Shown: positions 1 through 10,700 of the stretch, one piece after another
Layout of the letters: each line of letters starts with the position of its first letter
Position numbering within the stretch: position 1 is the stretch's first letter
Source of the DNA: Bacteroidetes bacterium SB0662_bin_6
Lineage (GTDB): Bacteria > Bacteroidota > Rhodothermia > Rhodothermales > VXPQ01
Length of the DNA stretch: 64,000 nt
Assembly: GCA_009839485.1 (NCBI GenBank)
Contig: VXPQ01000032.1
Span: 90,982-154,981 of the forward strand
Reading direction: 5' to 3'
Position numbers and translations under genes: made by a program
Notes under the pieces: generated by a model
Seen by the model: only the letters and a program-made list of their open reading frames with translations
Told to the model about the DNA's origin: nothing
Database searches by the model: none

Positions 1-339
1 ATCTCTGGCCGTGAAGGAACCGGCGCCCCGGATCACAAGATGAATGGTGCCATCTTCCGCCTCTTCGGTCGCACGAAAGCGCACTTCCTTGAGATTCAGA
101 ATGATATCGGCCACATCTTCGGTTACGCCGTCGATCGTCGAAAACTCATGCTGTACGCCGTCGATCCGCACCCCTGTGATGGCAACGCCTTCGAGCGAGG
201 ACAAAAGAACACGCCGCATCGCGTTCCCGATCGTTACGCCGTATCCGCGTTCGAGGGGTTGTAACGAAAACTGCCCGGAAAACTCCGATGCATCGTCAAT
301 CTGAATGCCGTCCGGCATATGGATTACATGATTGCTCAT
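1..339 (-). CDS. rpoA: DNA-directed RNA polymerase alpha subunit, N-terminal part (gene runs off the left edge)
   Basis: Hand translation of the reverse strand from ATG at 339 gives [88 protein letters not shown]..., which matches the conserved RpoA N-terminal domain. It lies directly downstream of rpsD as in alpha operons. It is absent from the ORF track because no stop codon falls in the window. Confidence 0.9.
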   Translation of the reverse strand, partial: MSNHVIHMPDGIQIDDASEFSGQFSLQPLERGYGVTIGNAMRRVLLSSLEGVAITGVRIDGVQHEFSTIDGVTEDVADIILNLKEVRFRATEEAEDGTIHLVIRGAGSFTARD

Positions 340-420
340 GGCTTCTCAATCGGTCAAAGTATTGCAGGGGTGAAATAGCGGATGCCGTAACACATCGGTT
401 CGGCAAGAATCGTCAGGCAA

Positions 421-1023
421 CTACTTCGAATACAACTCGACGATCAACTGCTCGCGGATATTTTCCGGAATGTCTTCCCGGGCCGGCATATCCAGCATTT
501 TGCCTCGGAGATCGCCGCGATCAACCTCGAGCCAGGCGAAAGCCCGGCGGTTCTGTGCAACCGACTCGACGATCGGGCGCATGGTGCGGCTTCTCGGTCG
601 AACCGCAATCGTATCGCCCGGACGAAGTTGCGCCGAAGGGATATTTACGATCCGGTCATTCACCATGATGTGTCCATGGTTTACCAATTGCCTCGCCTGG
701 CGCCTCGTACGCGCAAAACCAAGACGGAACACTGTATTGTCCAGTCTGGCTTCTAAAAATTTCAGCAGGTTTTCCCCGGTGACGCCTCTCTTTCGGGATG
801 CCTTTTCGAACAGGTTGCGAAACTGCCGTTCCTGGAGGCCATACGTATACCGGGCCTTTTGTTTTTCCTTGAGCTGCACGGCGTATTCGCTCTCTCTGGA
901 ACGGCGTCCCTGTCCGTGCTGGCCCGGCGGGTACAACTTGCGCTCAAGCGCCTTGCTCGGACCGAAAATCGGTTCCTTGAAACGCCGGGCAACTTTCTGT
1001 TTGGGGCCTCTATATCGAGCCAT
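421..1023 (-). CDS. rpsD: 30S ribosomal protein S4
   Basis: 200-aa ORF starting MARYRGPKQKVARRF... and ending ...LIVELYSK, a typical S4. Position between rpsK and rpoA. Confidence 0.97.
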   Translation of the reverse strand: MARYRGPKQKVARRFKEPIFGPSKALERKLYPPGQHGQGRRSRESEYAVQLKEKQKARYTYGLQERQFRNLFEKASRKRGVTGENLLKFLEARLDNTVFRLGFARTRRQARQLVNHGHIMVNDRIVNIPSAQLRPGDTIAVRPRSRTMRPIVESVAQNRRAFAWLEVDRGDLRGKMLDMPAREDIPENIREQLIVELYSK

Positions 1024-1086
1024 TATCGCTGTTTTCTGTGCTTAACTTTCTTCTATCTGCCTGATCGACAAGTAGCGCTGCTACGA

Positions 1087-1497
1087 TCACACGCGGCGGC
1101 GTTTCGGGGAACGACAGCCATTATGAGGAATGGGCGTTACATCCCGGATGGATGCAATATCGAGCCCCGCGCTGGCAAGCGCCCGAATGGCCGACTCCCG
1201 CCCCGAACCAGGACCCTTCACATACACATCTACACGCCGCAGACCCAGGCCATGCGCCTCTTCGGCGGCGGTCGTAGCCGCTACCTGCGCCGCATACGGC
1301 GTATTTTTGCGGCTGCCTTTGAAACCCATCTTGCCGGAACTGGACCACGAAATAACATTTCCGTACTGGTCCGTCAAGGTTACGATCACGTTATTGAACG
1401 TGGCCTTGATGTGCGCCTGTCCATTCGACTCGACGATAACGTTTCGTTTCCGTGCCGATCGACCGGAACGCCCCGATTTTTGCTGCTTTTTCGCCAT
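1087..1497 (-). CDS. rpsK: 30S ribosomal protein S11
   Basis: 136-aa ORF containing ...[18 protein letters not shown]...[14 protein letters not shown]...[20 protein letters not shown], the S11 signature. Confidence 0.97.
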   Translation of the reverse strand: MAKKQQKSGRSGRSARKRNVIVESNGQAHIKATFNNVIVTLTDQYGNVISWSSSGKMGFKGSRKNTPYAAQVAATTAAEEAHGLGLRRVDVYVKGPGSGRESAIRALASAGLDIASIRDVTPIPHNGCRSPKRRRV

Positions 1498-1533
1498 ATA
1501 ACCCTGAATTTACGAGAGGTCGAGACAGTACGA

Positions 1534-1914
1534 TTATTTCCGCGGCGCCTTCTTCTTTCCGGCCACGGTCTTCCGGCGTCCCTTGCGTGTACGTGCATTC
1601 GTACGCGTGCGCTGTCCACGTACGGGAAGTCCCCGGCGATGCCGGAGCCCCCGGTAACAGCCGATGTCCATCAATCGCTTGATGTTCATCTGCACTTCCG
1701 AACGCAACTGCCCCTCGACAAGGTACTCGTCCTCAATGAGGCGTCGCACACTCCGGGTCTGCTCCTCCGTCCAGTCGCTCGGATGCACATCGTGCTTGAT
1801 ACCGACACGATCAAGGATTTCTTTAGCGCGAGAACGCCCAATCCCGAAAATCGAGGATAAGGCAATTTCTCCGCGTTTATCTGGAGGTACGTCTACTCCG
1901 GCTATTCGAGGCAT
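1534..1914 (-). CDS. rpsM: 30S ribosomal protein S13
   Basis: 126-aa [17 protein letters not shown]...[27 protein letters not shown], an S13 signature. Confidence 0.97.
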   Translation of the reverse strand: MPRIAGVDVPPDKRGEIALSSIFGIGRSRAKEILDRVGIKHDVHPSDWTEEQTRSVRRLIEDEYLVEGQLRSEVQMNIKRLMDIGCYRGLRHRRGLPVRGQRTRTNARTRKGRRKTVAGKKKAPRK

Positions 1915-1974
1915 ATAGTTTCAGGTTTCCCGGCAGCGTCCGTTCGGAAACGCCGCACCATACACCGAAGGGTT

Positions 1975-2091
1975 TCAACCCTGTCGCTGCTTGTGCTTCG
2001 GATTTTTCTTGTTGATGACGTAGATGCGCCCCTTGCGACGAACGATTTTGTCGTCGGAACTGCGCTTTTTGACACTGGCACGAACTTTCAT
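1975..2091 (-). CDS. rpmJ: 50S ribosomal protein L36
   Basis: Below the ORF-track size cutoff. Hand translation of the reverse strand gives [38 protein letters not shown] (38 aa), a textbook L36. Sits between map and rpsM. Confidence 0.93.
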   Translation of the reverse strand: MKVRASVKKRSSDDKIVRRKGRIYVINKKNPKHKQRQG

Positions 2092-2151
2092 GGGTTCGCT
2101 CGGTCTCGTTCTTGAAAAACAAAGGTATAGCCGTTACGTAACGCGCATCGG

Positions 2152-2979
2152 CTACGCAGGTTCATAAATTTTGTATGTAGTCGGCGAACCAAACGCAACG
2201 CCGGACACTTCTTCGATATACTCGAAGGTGCTTAGCACTTCAGCCTGGCCGGCACACACAACCACCATGTGCTCATAATGCGCGGCGGCTTTCCCATCCG
2301 CTGCACGAATAGCCCAGCCGTTCGGGTCCGTTACGATTCTGGCGGTCCCGAGGTTGATCATGGGTTCAATGCATAGCGTCATACCGCGCACCAGTCGGGA
2401 TCCGGTCGCCGGTTCGCCGACATTCGGGACATTGGGCTTCTCGTGAAGTTTTTTGCCGATGCCATGGCCTACGAGTTCCCGCACTACGCCGTATCCTCTG
2501 CTTTCACAATACTCTTGTATAGCAAAGGATATATCCCCGACGCGCCTTCCCGTCGTCGCATGCTCAATACCCTTGTACAAGGCTGCGTACGTCGTTTCGC
2601 ACAAAGCACGCTTTTCGTCAGAAATCCCGCCGACGGCAAAGGTATAGGCGCTATCGCCGTAATAGCCATTCAGCCGCACACCGCAATCCACTGACAGCAA
2701 GTCCCCCTGTTGAAGGGGGCTGTCATCCGGAATGCCATGTACTATCGTATCGTTCACGGACGTACAGAGCGTGCTGGGAAACACCAGGTTACCCACACGA
2801 TACCCCTTGAACGCCGGTTCGGCGCCATGGTCGCGGATGAATGCTTCCGCTATCCGATCAAGCTCGCGCGTAGTGACACCCGGCTCAATGTACCGTGCGA
2901 TCTGGCCGAGCGTCCGCCCGACAAGCTCCGCGCTTTCCCTGAGACGCTCGATTTTATATGCGCTTTTCGTCAAGGCCAT
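2152..2979 (-). CDS. map: Type I methionine aminopeptidase
   Basis: ORF 2152..3024. The sequence from MALTKSAYKIERLRESAELVGRTL... through ...VHGIP...DCG...GYYGDSAYTF...HGIG...EPMIN matches MetAP. ATG at 2979 is preferred. A GTG at 3024, 2 nt after the secY stop, is an alternative start. Confidence 0.9.
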   Translation of the reverse strand: MALTKSAYKIERLRESAELVGRTLGQIARYIEPGVTTRELDRIAEAFIRDHGAEPAFKGYRVGNLVFPSTLCTSVNDTIVHGIPDDSPLQQGDLLSVDCGVRLNGYYGDSAYTFAVGGISDEKRALCETTYAALYKGIEHATTGRRVGDISFAIQEYCESRGYGVVRELVGHGIGKKLHEKPNVPNVGEPATGSRLVRGMTLCIEPMINLGTARIVTDPNGWAIRAADGKAAAHYEHMVVVCAGQAEVLSTFEYIEEVSGVAFGSPTTYKIYEPA

Positions 2980-3026
2980 GGGCTCGAGAAAACGGAGACG
3001 GTCTTGCGACCGGACTACCGCCACTA

Positions 3027-4343
3027 TTACATATATCGTCCTCGAACACGCCCGCTTTTCATGAAGCCATCGTAATGGCGCATGAGCAAATGGCTTTCGA
3101 TCTGCTGGAGCGTATCCAGCGTCACTTGCACGAGAATAAGCAGACTCGTCCCTCCGAAGAAGGTGGCAAAACCTGGCGAGACGCCCGCCTGCATAGCGAA
3201 TGCAGGAAGAATCGCAACAAGTCCGAGGAAAATCGATCCGGGCAAGGTGATTTTCGTCAGGATGTTGTCGATGAACTCACTGGTCTGCTTGCCCGGCCTG
3301 ATCCCGGGAATAAATCCACCCTGCCGCTTCATGGTATCCGCCATTTCCCTTGGGTTGACTGCAATAGCCGTATAGAAATAGGTAAAGAATACACAGATCA
3401 CGAAGAACACGGTCGAATATCCCCAGCCGGAAATGTCCGAGAACCAGCGTCCAAATTCGACCATGAAGGCACTGTCGGGAAAAAACGATGCGACCGTCGC
3501 CGGAACGAACATGATCGACTGCGCAAAGATAATAGGCATGACCCCCGCCGCATTGACGCGAAGCGGAAGATACTGGGTCGTGCCGCCGTAGACTTTGCGC
3601 CCCACCACGCGCTTCGCATACTGCACAGGAATGCGGCGCGTACCCTGAGAAACCAGCACGACCCCAAGCGTCACGAGTGCCCATATACCAATCTCCATCA
3701 GGAAGATGAAGAGATTATCCTTGAGCGTAAACTCGTTGAAAAGGGCATTGGGCAAAAAGGCGATAATGCTCACCATAATGACGATGGATATACCATTCCC
3801 GATCCCGTTTTCCGTAATGCGCTCCCCAAGCCACATAACGAAGACGGTACCGGCGGTCAGCACAATTACCGTCGAAACCATAAAAAACGTGGAATCGATA
3901 ACGATCGCCTGACCGGTCGCTCCATACTGCAGGTTGATCGCATATCCGATGGACTGAAAAGCGGTAATGCCTACTGTCCCATACCGTGTGAGCTGGGTAA
4001 TTTTCCGGCGGCCTTCCTCGCCCTCGCGCTGAAGCTTCTGGAAATAGGGAACGACCGCGCCCAGCAACTGGATGATAATGGAAGCGGTGATATACGGCAT
4101 GATGCCGAGTGCGAAAATACCGGCCTGACTGAAGGCCCCCCCCACAAACATGTCCAGAAAACCGAAAATGTCGTTCGGATTTCCCTGTGCATTGACATCC
4201 GCCAGAATACCGGCATCCACGCCGGGAAGCGTTACGTACGCCCCCAGCCGATACACGAGGAGTAACCCGACCGTGTACAGGATCCGGCGGCGGAGCTCAT
4301 CTATCTTCCAGATGTTGCGTACGTTCTCGCCGATACTCGCCAT
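3027..4343 (-). CDS. secY: Preprotein translocase subunit SecY
   Basis: 438-aa polytopic ORF with ...LGIMPYITASIIIQLL...FIPGIRPGKQT... Standard position after rplO. Confidence 0.96.
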   Translation of the reverse strand: MASIGENVRNIWKIDELRRRILYTVGLLLVYRLGAYVTLPGVDAGILADVNAQGNPNDIFGFLDMFVGGAFSQAGIFALGIMPYITASIIIQLLGAVVPYFQKLQREGEEGRRKITQLTRYGTVGITAFQSIGYAINLQYGATGQAIVIDSTFFMVSTVIVLTAGTVFVMWLGERITENGIGNGISIVIMVSIIAFLPNALFNEFTLKDNLFIFLMEIGIWALVTLGVVLVSQGTRRIPVQYAKRVVGRKVYGGTTQYLPLRVNAAGVMPIIFAQSIMFVPATVASFFPDSAFMVEFGRWFSDISGWGYSTVFFVICVFFTYFYTAIAVNPREMADTMKRQGGFIPGIRPGKQTSEFIDNILTKITLPGSIFLGLVAILPAFAMQAGVSPGFATFFGGTSLLILVQVTLDTLQQIESHLLMRHYDGFMKSGRVRGRYM

Positions 4344-4382
4344 AATGGAGTGTTGGATAGAGGACCGTTGCCGGTCCGTACA

Positions 4383-4844
4383 TTAGTCGAGGACGGTTGC
4401 CTTGCCTCCGGCCGCTTCAATCTTTTTTCTCGCGGAGGCGCTGAAAGCGTGCGCAGTAACCGAAAGCCCCTGCGGGGAATCACCGCCCCCGAGAATTTTA
4501 ATCCGATCAGCCTTGCGCGCAACCCCGGCGCCCACAAGCACCTCGGGCGTCACCTCCGCGGCAGCATCAATTCTCCCCTCGTCTACAAGGCGTGTGATCC
4601 AGGAAAGGTTTACGGCACGGTATTCGACGCGGAACCGGTTGTGAAATCCGAATTTTGGAACACGGCGCTGAAGAGGCATTTGACCTCCCTCGAACCACGC
4701 GGGAATACGTGCTCCCGCACGGCTCTTCTGACCCTTCGTCCCCTTCGTGGAACTGTGACCGCCCTTGCCCGAACCCACGCCGCGGGCAATGCGCTTCCTT
4801 TTCCGAGTAGCGCCCTTAACAGGCTTCAGATTGCTGAGATCCAT
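4383..4844 (-). CDS. rplO: 50S ribosomal protein L15
   Basis: 153-aa ORF MDLSNLKPVKGATRKRKRIARGVGSGKGGHSSTKGTKGQKSRAG..., an L15 signature. Confidence 0.96.
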   Translation of the reverse strand: MDLSNLKPVKGATRKRKRIARGVGSGKGGHSSTKGTKGQKSRAGARIPAWFEGGQMPLQRRVPKFGFHNRFRVEYRAVNLSWITRLVDEGRIDAAAEVTPEVLVGAGVARKADRIKILGGGDSPQGLSVTAHAFSASARKKIEAAGGKATVLD

Positions 4845-4916
4845 AATGTATTTTGAATGGGCGCCCGTCCTCGGACGGAAGCCAGGGAATGAAAAACGCC
4901 CGGTTTCTAAAGCGGA

Positions 4917-5099
4917 TCAGGCTTCGGTAACGGTAACGAGATGTCGAACCTTGTCGACCATCCCTCGCAGTTGCGGAGAGTCCGTATGTTCGACACGCTG
5001 ATGCATCCGCCGGATACCGAGCGCCTTCAGGGTACGAACCAGACGCTTCGATGAACCGATTGCGGATTTGGTCTGGGTTATGATAATCTTGTTCGCCAT
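4917..5099 (-). CDS. rpmD: 50S ribosomal protein L30
   Basis: The last 60 aa of track ORF 4917..5339 read MANKIIITQTKSAIGSSKRLVRTLKALGIRRMHQRVEHTDSPQLRGMVDKVRHLVTVTEA, an L30 pattern. ATG at 5099 verified on the sequence. Confidence 0.93.
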   Translation of the reverse strand: MANKIIITQTKSAIGSSKRLVRTLKALGIRRMHQRVEHTDSPQLRGMVDKVRHLVTVTEA

Positions 5100-5151
5100 A
5101 TCCTTGTACCATCTGACCGCGAGCCATCGCACGCGAAAACCCGATGAGCGT

Positions 5152-5676
5152 TTATCCCTCGAACACCCTCTTGAGTGAAACACCGCGGCGTTGGGCCACC
5201 TCCATAGGATCTTCGATCCGTTCCAGGGCCTGCATCGTTGCAGAGACCTGATTGTGCGGATTGCTGGATCCAAGAGATTTTGAAAGGATGTCCCGGATGC
5301 CGGCACATTCCAGTACAGCTCGTACTCCTCCTCCGGCAATCACGCCGGTTCCGGGGGCTGCGGGCTTCAACAACACCTTCCCGGCATCCTGTCGCCCCAC
5401 GATGGGATGTGGAATCGTGTTGTCCTTGAGCCGAACGCGAATCAGGTTCTTCTTCGCATCTTCCGTCCCTTTTGAAATGGCATCGGCCACCTCGTTCGCC
5501 TTGCCGAGACCGGCTCCGACCGTTCCCTGCCCGTCGCCTACTACCACGACGGCATTGAATGAAAAACGGCGACCACCCTTGACGACCTTCGCCACACGGG
5601 AAACGGATACAAGCCGCTCCTGCCAATCCTGGCCTTCCGCCGCTTCACGCCGTCGTTGCTCCTTTCGTGCTGCCAT
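5152..5676 (-). CDS. rpsE: 30S ribosomal protein S5
   Basis: 174-aa ORF with ...[37 protein letters not shown]..., an S5 signature. Confidence 0.97.
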   Translation of the reverse strand: MAARKEQRRREAAEGQDWQERLVSVSRVAKVVKGGRRFSFNAVVVVGDGQGTVGAGLGKANEVADAISKGTEDAKKNLIRVRLKDNTIPHPIVGRQDAGKVLLKPAAPGTGVIAGGGVRAVLECAGIRDILSKSLGSSNPHNQVSATMQALERIEDPMEVAQRRGVSLKRVFEG

Positions 5677-5715
5677 ACAAAACCTGAATGAGTGTATCTA
5701 ATGTCTCGTAAGAAA

Positions 5716-6069
5716 CTACAGTTGTAATCCCCCTTCGCGGGCGCCGTCCGCCAGGGCTCGCACACGCCCGTGGTACCGGTAGCCATTCCTGTCGAACACA
5801 ACCCGTTCAATACCCTTCTCGAGGGCGCGGCGGGCAAGATGCGCTCCAACGGCTTTGCTGACTTCCATGGGCGTATCGCCGACGATGTCAGACTCCGTGC
5901 TCGAAGCCGCAGTTAGGGTAACACCCGCCCGATCATCGATCAGTTGTGCATATATGTACCTGTTCGAACGAAAGACGGAAAGACGGGGACGCAAAGAGGT
6001 CCCTGCGACCTTATCCCGCATGCCGCGCTTTACGCGTCGTTTCCGTTCCTGCTTTTTATGCGCCGCCAT
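5716..6069 (-). CDS. rplR: 50S ribosomal protein L18
   Basis: 117-aa ORF with ...RPRLSVFRSNRYIYAQLIDD...FDRNGYRYHGRVRALADGAREGGLQL, an L18 signature. Confidence 0.96.
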   Translation of the reverse strand: MAAHKKQERKRRVKRGMRDKVAGTSLRPRLSVFRSNRYIYAQLIDDRAGVTLTAASSTESDIVGDTPMEVSKAVGAHLARRALEKGIERVVFDRNGYRYHGRVRALADGAREGGLQL

Positions 6070-6123
6070 GATTCCTGTCGGATACTCAAATCAAGATGCT
6101 GAGGGTTGCGTCGGGAGAGCCAT

Positions 6124-6678
6124 TTATCGAGCCGCCGTCTTCCCGGCCTTGCGACGAACATATTCGCCCACGTAACGAATCCCTTTGCCCTTGTACGGCT
6201 CGGGGGGGCGCAGCGCCCGGATCTTTGCAGCCACCTGCCCGACGATTTGTTTGTCGGTTCCTTCGATTGTAACCACCGTGTTCTTGCCCCGCTGGGCTTC
6301 TACCGTAACAGAAACCGTCTCCGGCGGCACAAAATAAATCGGATGCGAAAAGCCAAGAGCCAGTTCGAGAACCCCATTGTTCACCGAAGCACGGTAACCG
6401 ACTCCGATCACTTCCAGTTGCTTCCGATACCCTTTCGTGACCCCCTCGACCGCATTGTCGATCAGCGAACGATACAACCCGTGCATCGCCTTATGACGCT
6501 TCTGCTCGTCGGGGCGCCGGACTACGATACTTCCGTTCTCTTGCACCACCGTAATTTCAGGAGCGACCTGAATGGACAGTTCTCCCCTGGGCCCCTTGAC
6601 GGTCACAAGATTATCCTCCGAGATATCCACGGATACGCCGTCGCCCGTCTCAATGGGTTGGTTGCCTACGCGAGACAT
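6124..6678 (-). CDS. rplF: 50S ribosomal protein L6
   Basis: Track ORF 6124..6744. The L6 match begins at MSRVGNQPIE (ATG at 6678, verified) and includes ...KGPRGELS...GVGYRA...PEPYKGKGIRY. Confidence 0.95.
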   Translation of the reverse strand: MSRVGNQPIETGDGVSVDISEDNLVTVKGPRGELSIQVAPEITVVQENGSIVVRRPDEQKRHKAMHGLYRSLIDNAVEGVTKGYRKQLEVIGVGYRASVNNGVLELALGFSHPIYFVPPETVSVTVEAQRGKNTVVTIEGTDKQIVGQVAAKIRALRPPEPYKGKGIRYVGEYVRRKAGKTAAR

Positions 6679-6747
6679 GTTTCTTCTCTCTAAGGGTTCA
6701 CGGATAGTGTGGGCGTCCCTGCAACGAGCAGGGAATCGTTTCAAAAA

Positions 6748-7149
6748 TCAATAAAGATACGCAAGCACCTCGCCGCCAATGTGCGCCTTGCGTGCCTCCT
6801 TGTCGGTCATCATGCCACGGGATGTGGACAAAATAGCTATCCCCAATCCGTTCATCACACGGGGCAATTCATTCGCCCTCGTATACCGGCGCAAGCCCGG
6901 TGTGGAGACACGTTTCATCATGCGAATGACCGGCTCACCCTGCGCATCGTACTTCAGACGGATTCGAATGAGTCCCTGCTTTCCATCATCCACATTCAGG
7001 TAACTGCGGATGTAGCCTTTATCCAGCAAAATCTGCGTGATTGCGCGTTTTTGCTTCGAGGCGGGTATATCGACATACTTTCGGCCGGCCTGCTGGCCGT
7101 TCCGAATGCGCGTCAGATAATCTGAAACCGGATCTGTAATGCCACTCAT
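6748..7149 (-). CDS. rpsH: 30S ribosomal protein S8
   Basis: 133-aa ORF MSGITDPVSDYLTRIRNG...GIAILSTSRGMMTDKEARKAHIGGEVLAYLY, an S8 signature. Confidence 0.97.
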   Translation of the reverse strand: MSGITDPVSDYLTRIRNGQQAGRKYVDIPASKQKRAITQILLDKGYIRSYLNVDDGKQGLIRIRLKYDAQGEPVIRMMKRVSTPGLRRYTRANELPRVMNGLGIAILSTSRGMMTDKEARKAHIGGEVLAYLY

Positions 7150-7170
7150 ATCGTCTTGGGTCGAAAAACG

Positions 7171-7440
7171 TTACCAGGATGCCTTGCGCACACCGGGTAT
7201 CTTACCTTCAAGCGCCATCTCGCGAAAAGCGATACGGGAAATGCCGAAATCCCGCATATAGCCCCGGGCACGGCCCGTAAGGGGGCACCGGTTGTGCAAC
7301 CGGACGGGGCTTGCGTCGCGTGGAAGTCGTTGCAGACCGACCCAATCCCCCTGTTCCTTGAGCAAGCGGCGTTTTTCGGCATACTTCTCGACAGTACGCC
7401 GCCGCTTCCTTTCGCGAGCCATCCAACTGGTTTTCGCCAT
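7171..7440 (-). CDS. rpsN: 30S ribosomal protein S14 (long, 89-aa form)
   Basis: [24 protein letters not shown]...[40 protein letters not shown], an S14 signature. Confidence 0.96.
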   Translation of the reverse strand: MAKTSWMARERKRRRTVEKYAEKRRLLKEQGDWVGLQRLPRDASPVRLHNRCPLTGRARGYMRDFGISRIAFREMALEGKIPGVRKASW

Positions 7441-7504
7441 ACGTGTAAGATGTTATTAATTGCAGGTGTCTAATGCAGGAGGGACAAAGTGACTGTATAC
7501 AGGG

Positions 7505-8077
7505 TCAGGCAGCTACGGATCGTTCTTCCCGCCGCACAAAAGGAATCCCGAATTCCCTCAGGAGCGCGTGCGCCGCATTGTCTGTCGCCGCCGTCGTTAC
7601 AAAAGTAATGTCCAGTCCACTGATCCGGTCAATCTTGTCCACATCGATTTCGGGAAAGATGATCTGTTCCCGGATGCCCAGTGTGAAATTACCCCGGCCA
7701 TCGAAACTGCGGTCCGATACGCCGCGAAAGTCGCGCACACGCGGCAATGCCAGCGTAATGAGGCGGTCCACAAACTCGTACATGTAATCTCCGCGCAATG
7801 TCACGAAACAGCCGATAGGCATACCCTGCCGCAGTTTGAAATTCGAAACACTCTTCCGCGCTCTCGCCACCTTGGGCTGCCGGCCCGTGATGCGCCGCAA
7901 TTCGTCCATGGCGTTGTCCAGCGCTTTCTTGTCCGCAGAAGCATCGCCCACCCCTTTGTTGACAACGACTTTCTCCAGGCGAGGGACTTGCATAACATTC
8001 CCATATTCCAACTGCTTCATCAGCGCAGGAACGATCTGCTTTCGATACCGGTCCTTCAATCTTGGTGTGTAGGCCAT
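7505..8077 (-). CDS. rplE: 50S ribosomal protein L5
   Basis: Track ORF 7505..8098 starts at a TTG. The L5 match starts at [20 protein letters not shown] (ATG at 8077, verified) and includes ...[16 protein letters not shown]... Confidence 0.95.
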   Translation of the reverse strand: MAYTPRLKDRYRKQIVPALMKQLEYGNVMQVPRLEKVVVNKGVGDASADKKALDNAMDELRRITGRQPKVARARKSVSNFKLRQGMPIGCFVTLRGDYMYEFVDRLITLALPRVRDFRGVSDRSFDGRGNFTLGIREQIIFPEIDVDKIDRISGLDITFVTTAATDNAAHALLREFGIPFVRREERSVAA

Positions 8078-8149
8078 CTTTCCAATCTCAATGGGCAAGG
8101 TGTGGAGAAATAACGCCCCGCAATCGCGCGTTTCGTGCGGGCGTATGCC

Positions 8150-8503
8150 TCATGCAAGCTCTTCCCCCGTGGTTTTTGCATATCGGACCCATTGTCCGCG
8201 CCCTGTTTCCGGATCCGTAATACGCTTGCGCCCCACCCGTGTCGGATTTCCGTCCGAAGCGATGGGTTGTACATTGGACACATGGATAGGCACTTCTTTC
8301 TCTATGCGTCCCCCCTGGGGATTGGCGGCATTCGGTTTTTCGTGATGGAAGCGAAGGTTCACCCCCTCGACAATCACACGCTGCTTCTCCGGAAAAATCA
8401 CCAGGATTTTCCCTTCGTACCCACGATAGTTGCCCGCAATCACGCGTACGCGATCCCCCTTCTTGACGTGCACCTTCTTTTGTGCGTTGTGTTTTCTCGG
8501 CAT
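8150..8503 (-). CDS. rplX: 50S ribosomal protein L24
   Basis: 117-aa ORF with ...[23 protein letters not shown]... (KOW motif). Position between rplN and rplE. Confidence 0.95.
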   Translation of the reverse strand: MPRKHNAQKKVHVKKGDRVRVIAGNYRGYEGKILVIFPEKQRVIVEGVNLRFHHEKPNAANPQGGRIEKEVPIHVSNVQPIASDGNPTRVGRKRITDPETGRGQWVRYAKTTGEELA

Positions 8504-8508
8504 GACTG

Positions 8509-8877
8509 CTAAAGCACCTCCGGGGCAAGGGAAACAATGCGCATAAACCGTTTTTCGCGCAATTCGCGGGCCACAGGCCCAAAAATACGTGTGCCGCGCG
8601 GCTCGTCCTGAGGATTCAAAAGCACGGCAGCGTTTTCGTCGAAGCGGATATACGAGCCATCCTTGCGGCGAAGCTCTTTCTTCGTACGCACCACCACAGC
8701 TGGGGTAACGTCTCCTTTCTTGACAGCGCCTCCCGGCATAGCGGACTTGACCGTCACAATAATCCGATCACCGATGCGCGCATAACGCCGACCGCTTCCA
8801 CCAAGCACACGGATACACAGCACCTCTTTGGCGCCGCTGTTATCCGCAACGGTAAGTCTCGACTCCTGCTGAATCAT
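8509..8877 (-). CDS. rplN: 50S ribosomal protein L14
   Basis: [27 protein letters not shown]...[24 protein letters not shown], a textbook L14. Confidence 0.98.
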   Translation of the reverse strand: MIQQESRLTVADNSGAKEVLCIRVLGGSGRRYARIGDRIIVTVKSAMPGGAVKKGDVTPAVVVRTKKELRRKDGSYIRFDENAAVLLNPQDEPRGTRIFGPVARELREKRFMRIVSLAPEVL

Positions 8878-8900
8878 GGCTTCCCTGAGAGTGTTGGGGG

Positions 8901-9191
8901 CTATCTGGCCCGTTCGAGGACTTCGGCAAGACGCCAGCGCTTGCGCTTGCTAAGCGGGCGCGTTTCCATGATGCGAACGGAATCTCCCCGCTTCGCATCG
9001 TTGCTTTCATCATGCGCCATCAACTTCGTCGTCTTCTTGATGAACTTACCGTATATCGGATGCTTGATCTGGCGCTGCACCGCCACCAGGATCGTCTTGT
9101 CCATACGATCACTGATGACAACGCCGATACGCTCCTTACGCGCCGACCGGCTTACCTGCTGCGCTATAGCCTCTGTGGTGTCTGTACTCAT
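8901..9191 (-). CDS. rpsQ: 30S ribosomal protein S17
   Basis: 96-aa ORF with ...[21 protein letters not shown]...[45 protein letters not shown], an S17 signature. Confidence 0.96.
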   Translation of the reverse strand: MSTDTTEAIAQQVSRSARKERIGVVISDRMDKTILVAVQRQIKHPIYGKFIKKTTKLMAHDESNDAKRGDSVRIMETRPLSKRKRWRLAEVLERAR

Positions 9192-9204
9192 AATTTTTTC
9201 CGGT

Positions 9205-9402
9205 TCAGGCCTCGTTTTCCTGCTCGCGAAGGATGGTCTTCAGCCGCGCAACCAGTCGCCGCTTACGGCGCAGCAACGTCGGATTCTCAATCTGCGCGAT
9301 GGCATGCTGAAAATGCAGCCGACGCAATTGATCTTCCTCCTCGTCAATGCGTTTTCGGACCTCTTCCAGACCGAGTTCACGAATTTCTTTTGCCTTCAAC
9401 AT
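9205..9402 (-). CDS. rpmC: 50S ribosomal protein L29
   Basis: Track ORF 9205..9414 begins at a TTG. ATG at 9402 gives [34 protein letters not shown]..., an L29 pattern. Confidence 0.93.
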   Translation of the reverse strand: MLKAKEIRELGLEEVRKRIDEEEDQLRRLHFQHAIAQIENPTLLRRKRRLVARLKTILREQENEA

Positions 9403-9423
9403 GGCGCGCTCCAATGATAATCG

Positions 9424-9864
9424 CTATCGTCCGACAGATTCCTGGGGCTGATAATCCGGGCGCATTACAAACTTTGTCTTGATCGGCAACTTGTGCCGGG
9501 CAAGCCGAAGCGCCTCTCGAGCCAATTCTTCCGAAATACCGCCGCCGATCTCGAACAGGATGCGTCCGGGCTTCACATTAGCAGCCCAGTACTCCGGAGA
9601 GCCTTTCCCCTTCCCCATACGGGTTTCCGCCGGCTTTTTCGTAATCGGCTTGTCCGGATAAATGCGGATCCACACTTTGCCGACACGCTTCATGCGACGC
9701 GTCATGGCAATACGTGCAGCTTCAATCTGCCGGCTGGTGATGCGCCCCGGCTCCAGAGCCTTGATACCAAAATCTCCAAAATTGATATTTGCCCCCCGGT
9801 GCGCATTCCCTCTGATGCGTCCCTTCTGGTACTTTCGGTACTTTGTACGCTTCGGCATTAACAT
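9424..9864 (-). CDS. rplP: 50S ribosomal protein L16
   Basis: [19 protein letters not shown]...[12 protein letters not shown], an L16 signature. Confidence 0.97.
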   Translation of the reverse strand: MLMPKRTKYRKYQKGRIRGNAHRGANINFGDFGIKALEPGRITSRQIEAARIAMTRRMKRVGKVWIRIYPDKPITKKPAETRMGKGKGSPEYWAANVKPGRILFEIGGGISEELAREALRLARHKLPIKTKFVMRPDYQPQESVGR

Positions 9865-9907
9865 GGCTATCCTCTATCTCAAATCCCTGAGTGACAGAAA
9901 GCAATGG

Positions 9908-10651
9908 TCAGGACGCTTGGTCGCCATCACGTGACCGACGGCCCCGGCGTTTGCGAGCCGGCGGCTGGAACTGCTGCTGCATTTGCTGCCGCTGCGCCTG
10001 GATATTCGGACTCAGATCAGGCTGACCGAGAATTTCGCCCCGGTATATCCATACTTTCACGCCGATAGAACCATAAATGGTGTGGGATGTCGCCTGCGCG
10101 AAATCAATGTCCGCCCGGATCGTGTGCAGAGGAACGCGGCCTTCAAGATACTGCTCCGTACGGCCCATTTCCGCTCCGCCAAGACGTCCTGCAACACGAA
10201 TGCGAATGCCTTCCGCACCCATGCGCATAGCTGCCGTAACCGCTTGCTTCATGGCCCGTCGGAACGAAACGCGGCCTTCCAACTGCTGAGCCACGTTCTG
10301 AGCAACCAGTTCAGCATCCAGTTCAGGGCGCTTGATCTCGTTGATGTTTATCCGAATGTCCTCTTTGTTCGTCAGTTTCTTGATTTCCTCCCGGAGCTTC
10401 TCCACCTCGCTCCCGCTGCGGCCAATGACCACGCCGGGACGGCTCGTATGTAACGTCAGGACCACGCTCTTCAACGTGCGTTCGATAACGCAACGGCTTA
10501 ATCCTGCACGACGCAGGCGCGTCGCCAGATACCGGCGAATTTCTTCGTCCTCAACAAGTTTTACCGGGAGATCCCGGGCTGCATACCAGTTGGAATCCCA
10601 ACCCCGAATGATGCCCAATCGAAACCCGACCGGATGTGTTTTCTGACCCAA
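9908..10651 (-). CDS. rpsC: 30S ribosomal protein S3 (with basic/Gln-rich C-terminal tail)
   Basis: MGQKTHPVGFRLGIIRGWDSNWYA...GRLGGAEMGRTEQYLEGRVPLHTIRADIDF, an S3 signature. Confidence 0.97.
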   Translation of the reverse strand: MGQKTHPVGFRLGIIRGWDSNWYAARDLPVKLVEDEEIRRYLATRLRRAGLSRCVIERTLKSVVLTLHTSRPGVVIGRSGSEVEKLREEIKKLTNKEDIRININEIKRPELDAELVAQNVAQQLEGRVSFRRAMKQAVTAAMRMGAEGIRIRVAGRLGGAEMGRTEQYLEGRVPLHTIRADIDFAQATSHTIYGSIGVKVWIYRGEILGQPDLSPNIQAQRQQMQQQFQPPARKRRGRRSRDGDQAS

Positions 10652-10700
10652 TGTCTTTCTCTTTTTAGCGTGTCATGTCCTGCGGTTACGTAATGGCGCC

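Noticed and set aside
2092-2151. Absence of infA between map and rpmJ, and of adk after secY, in the spc/alpha cluster.
   Set aside because: The 60-nt gap cannot hold infA, so the gene must be elsewhere. Relocation of infA and adk is common lineage-specific variation, as in E. coli, and is not by itself noteworthy.
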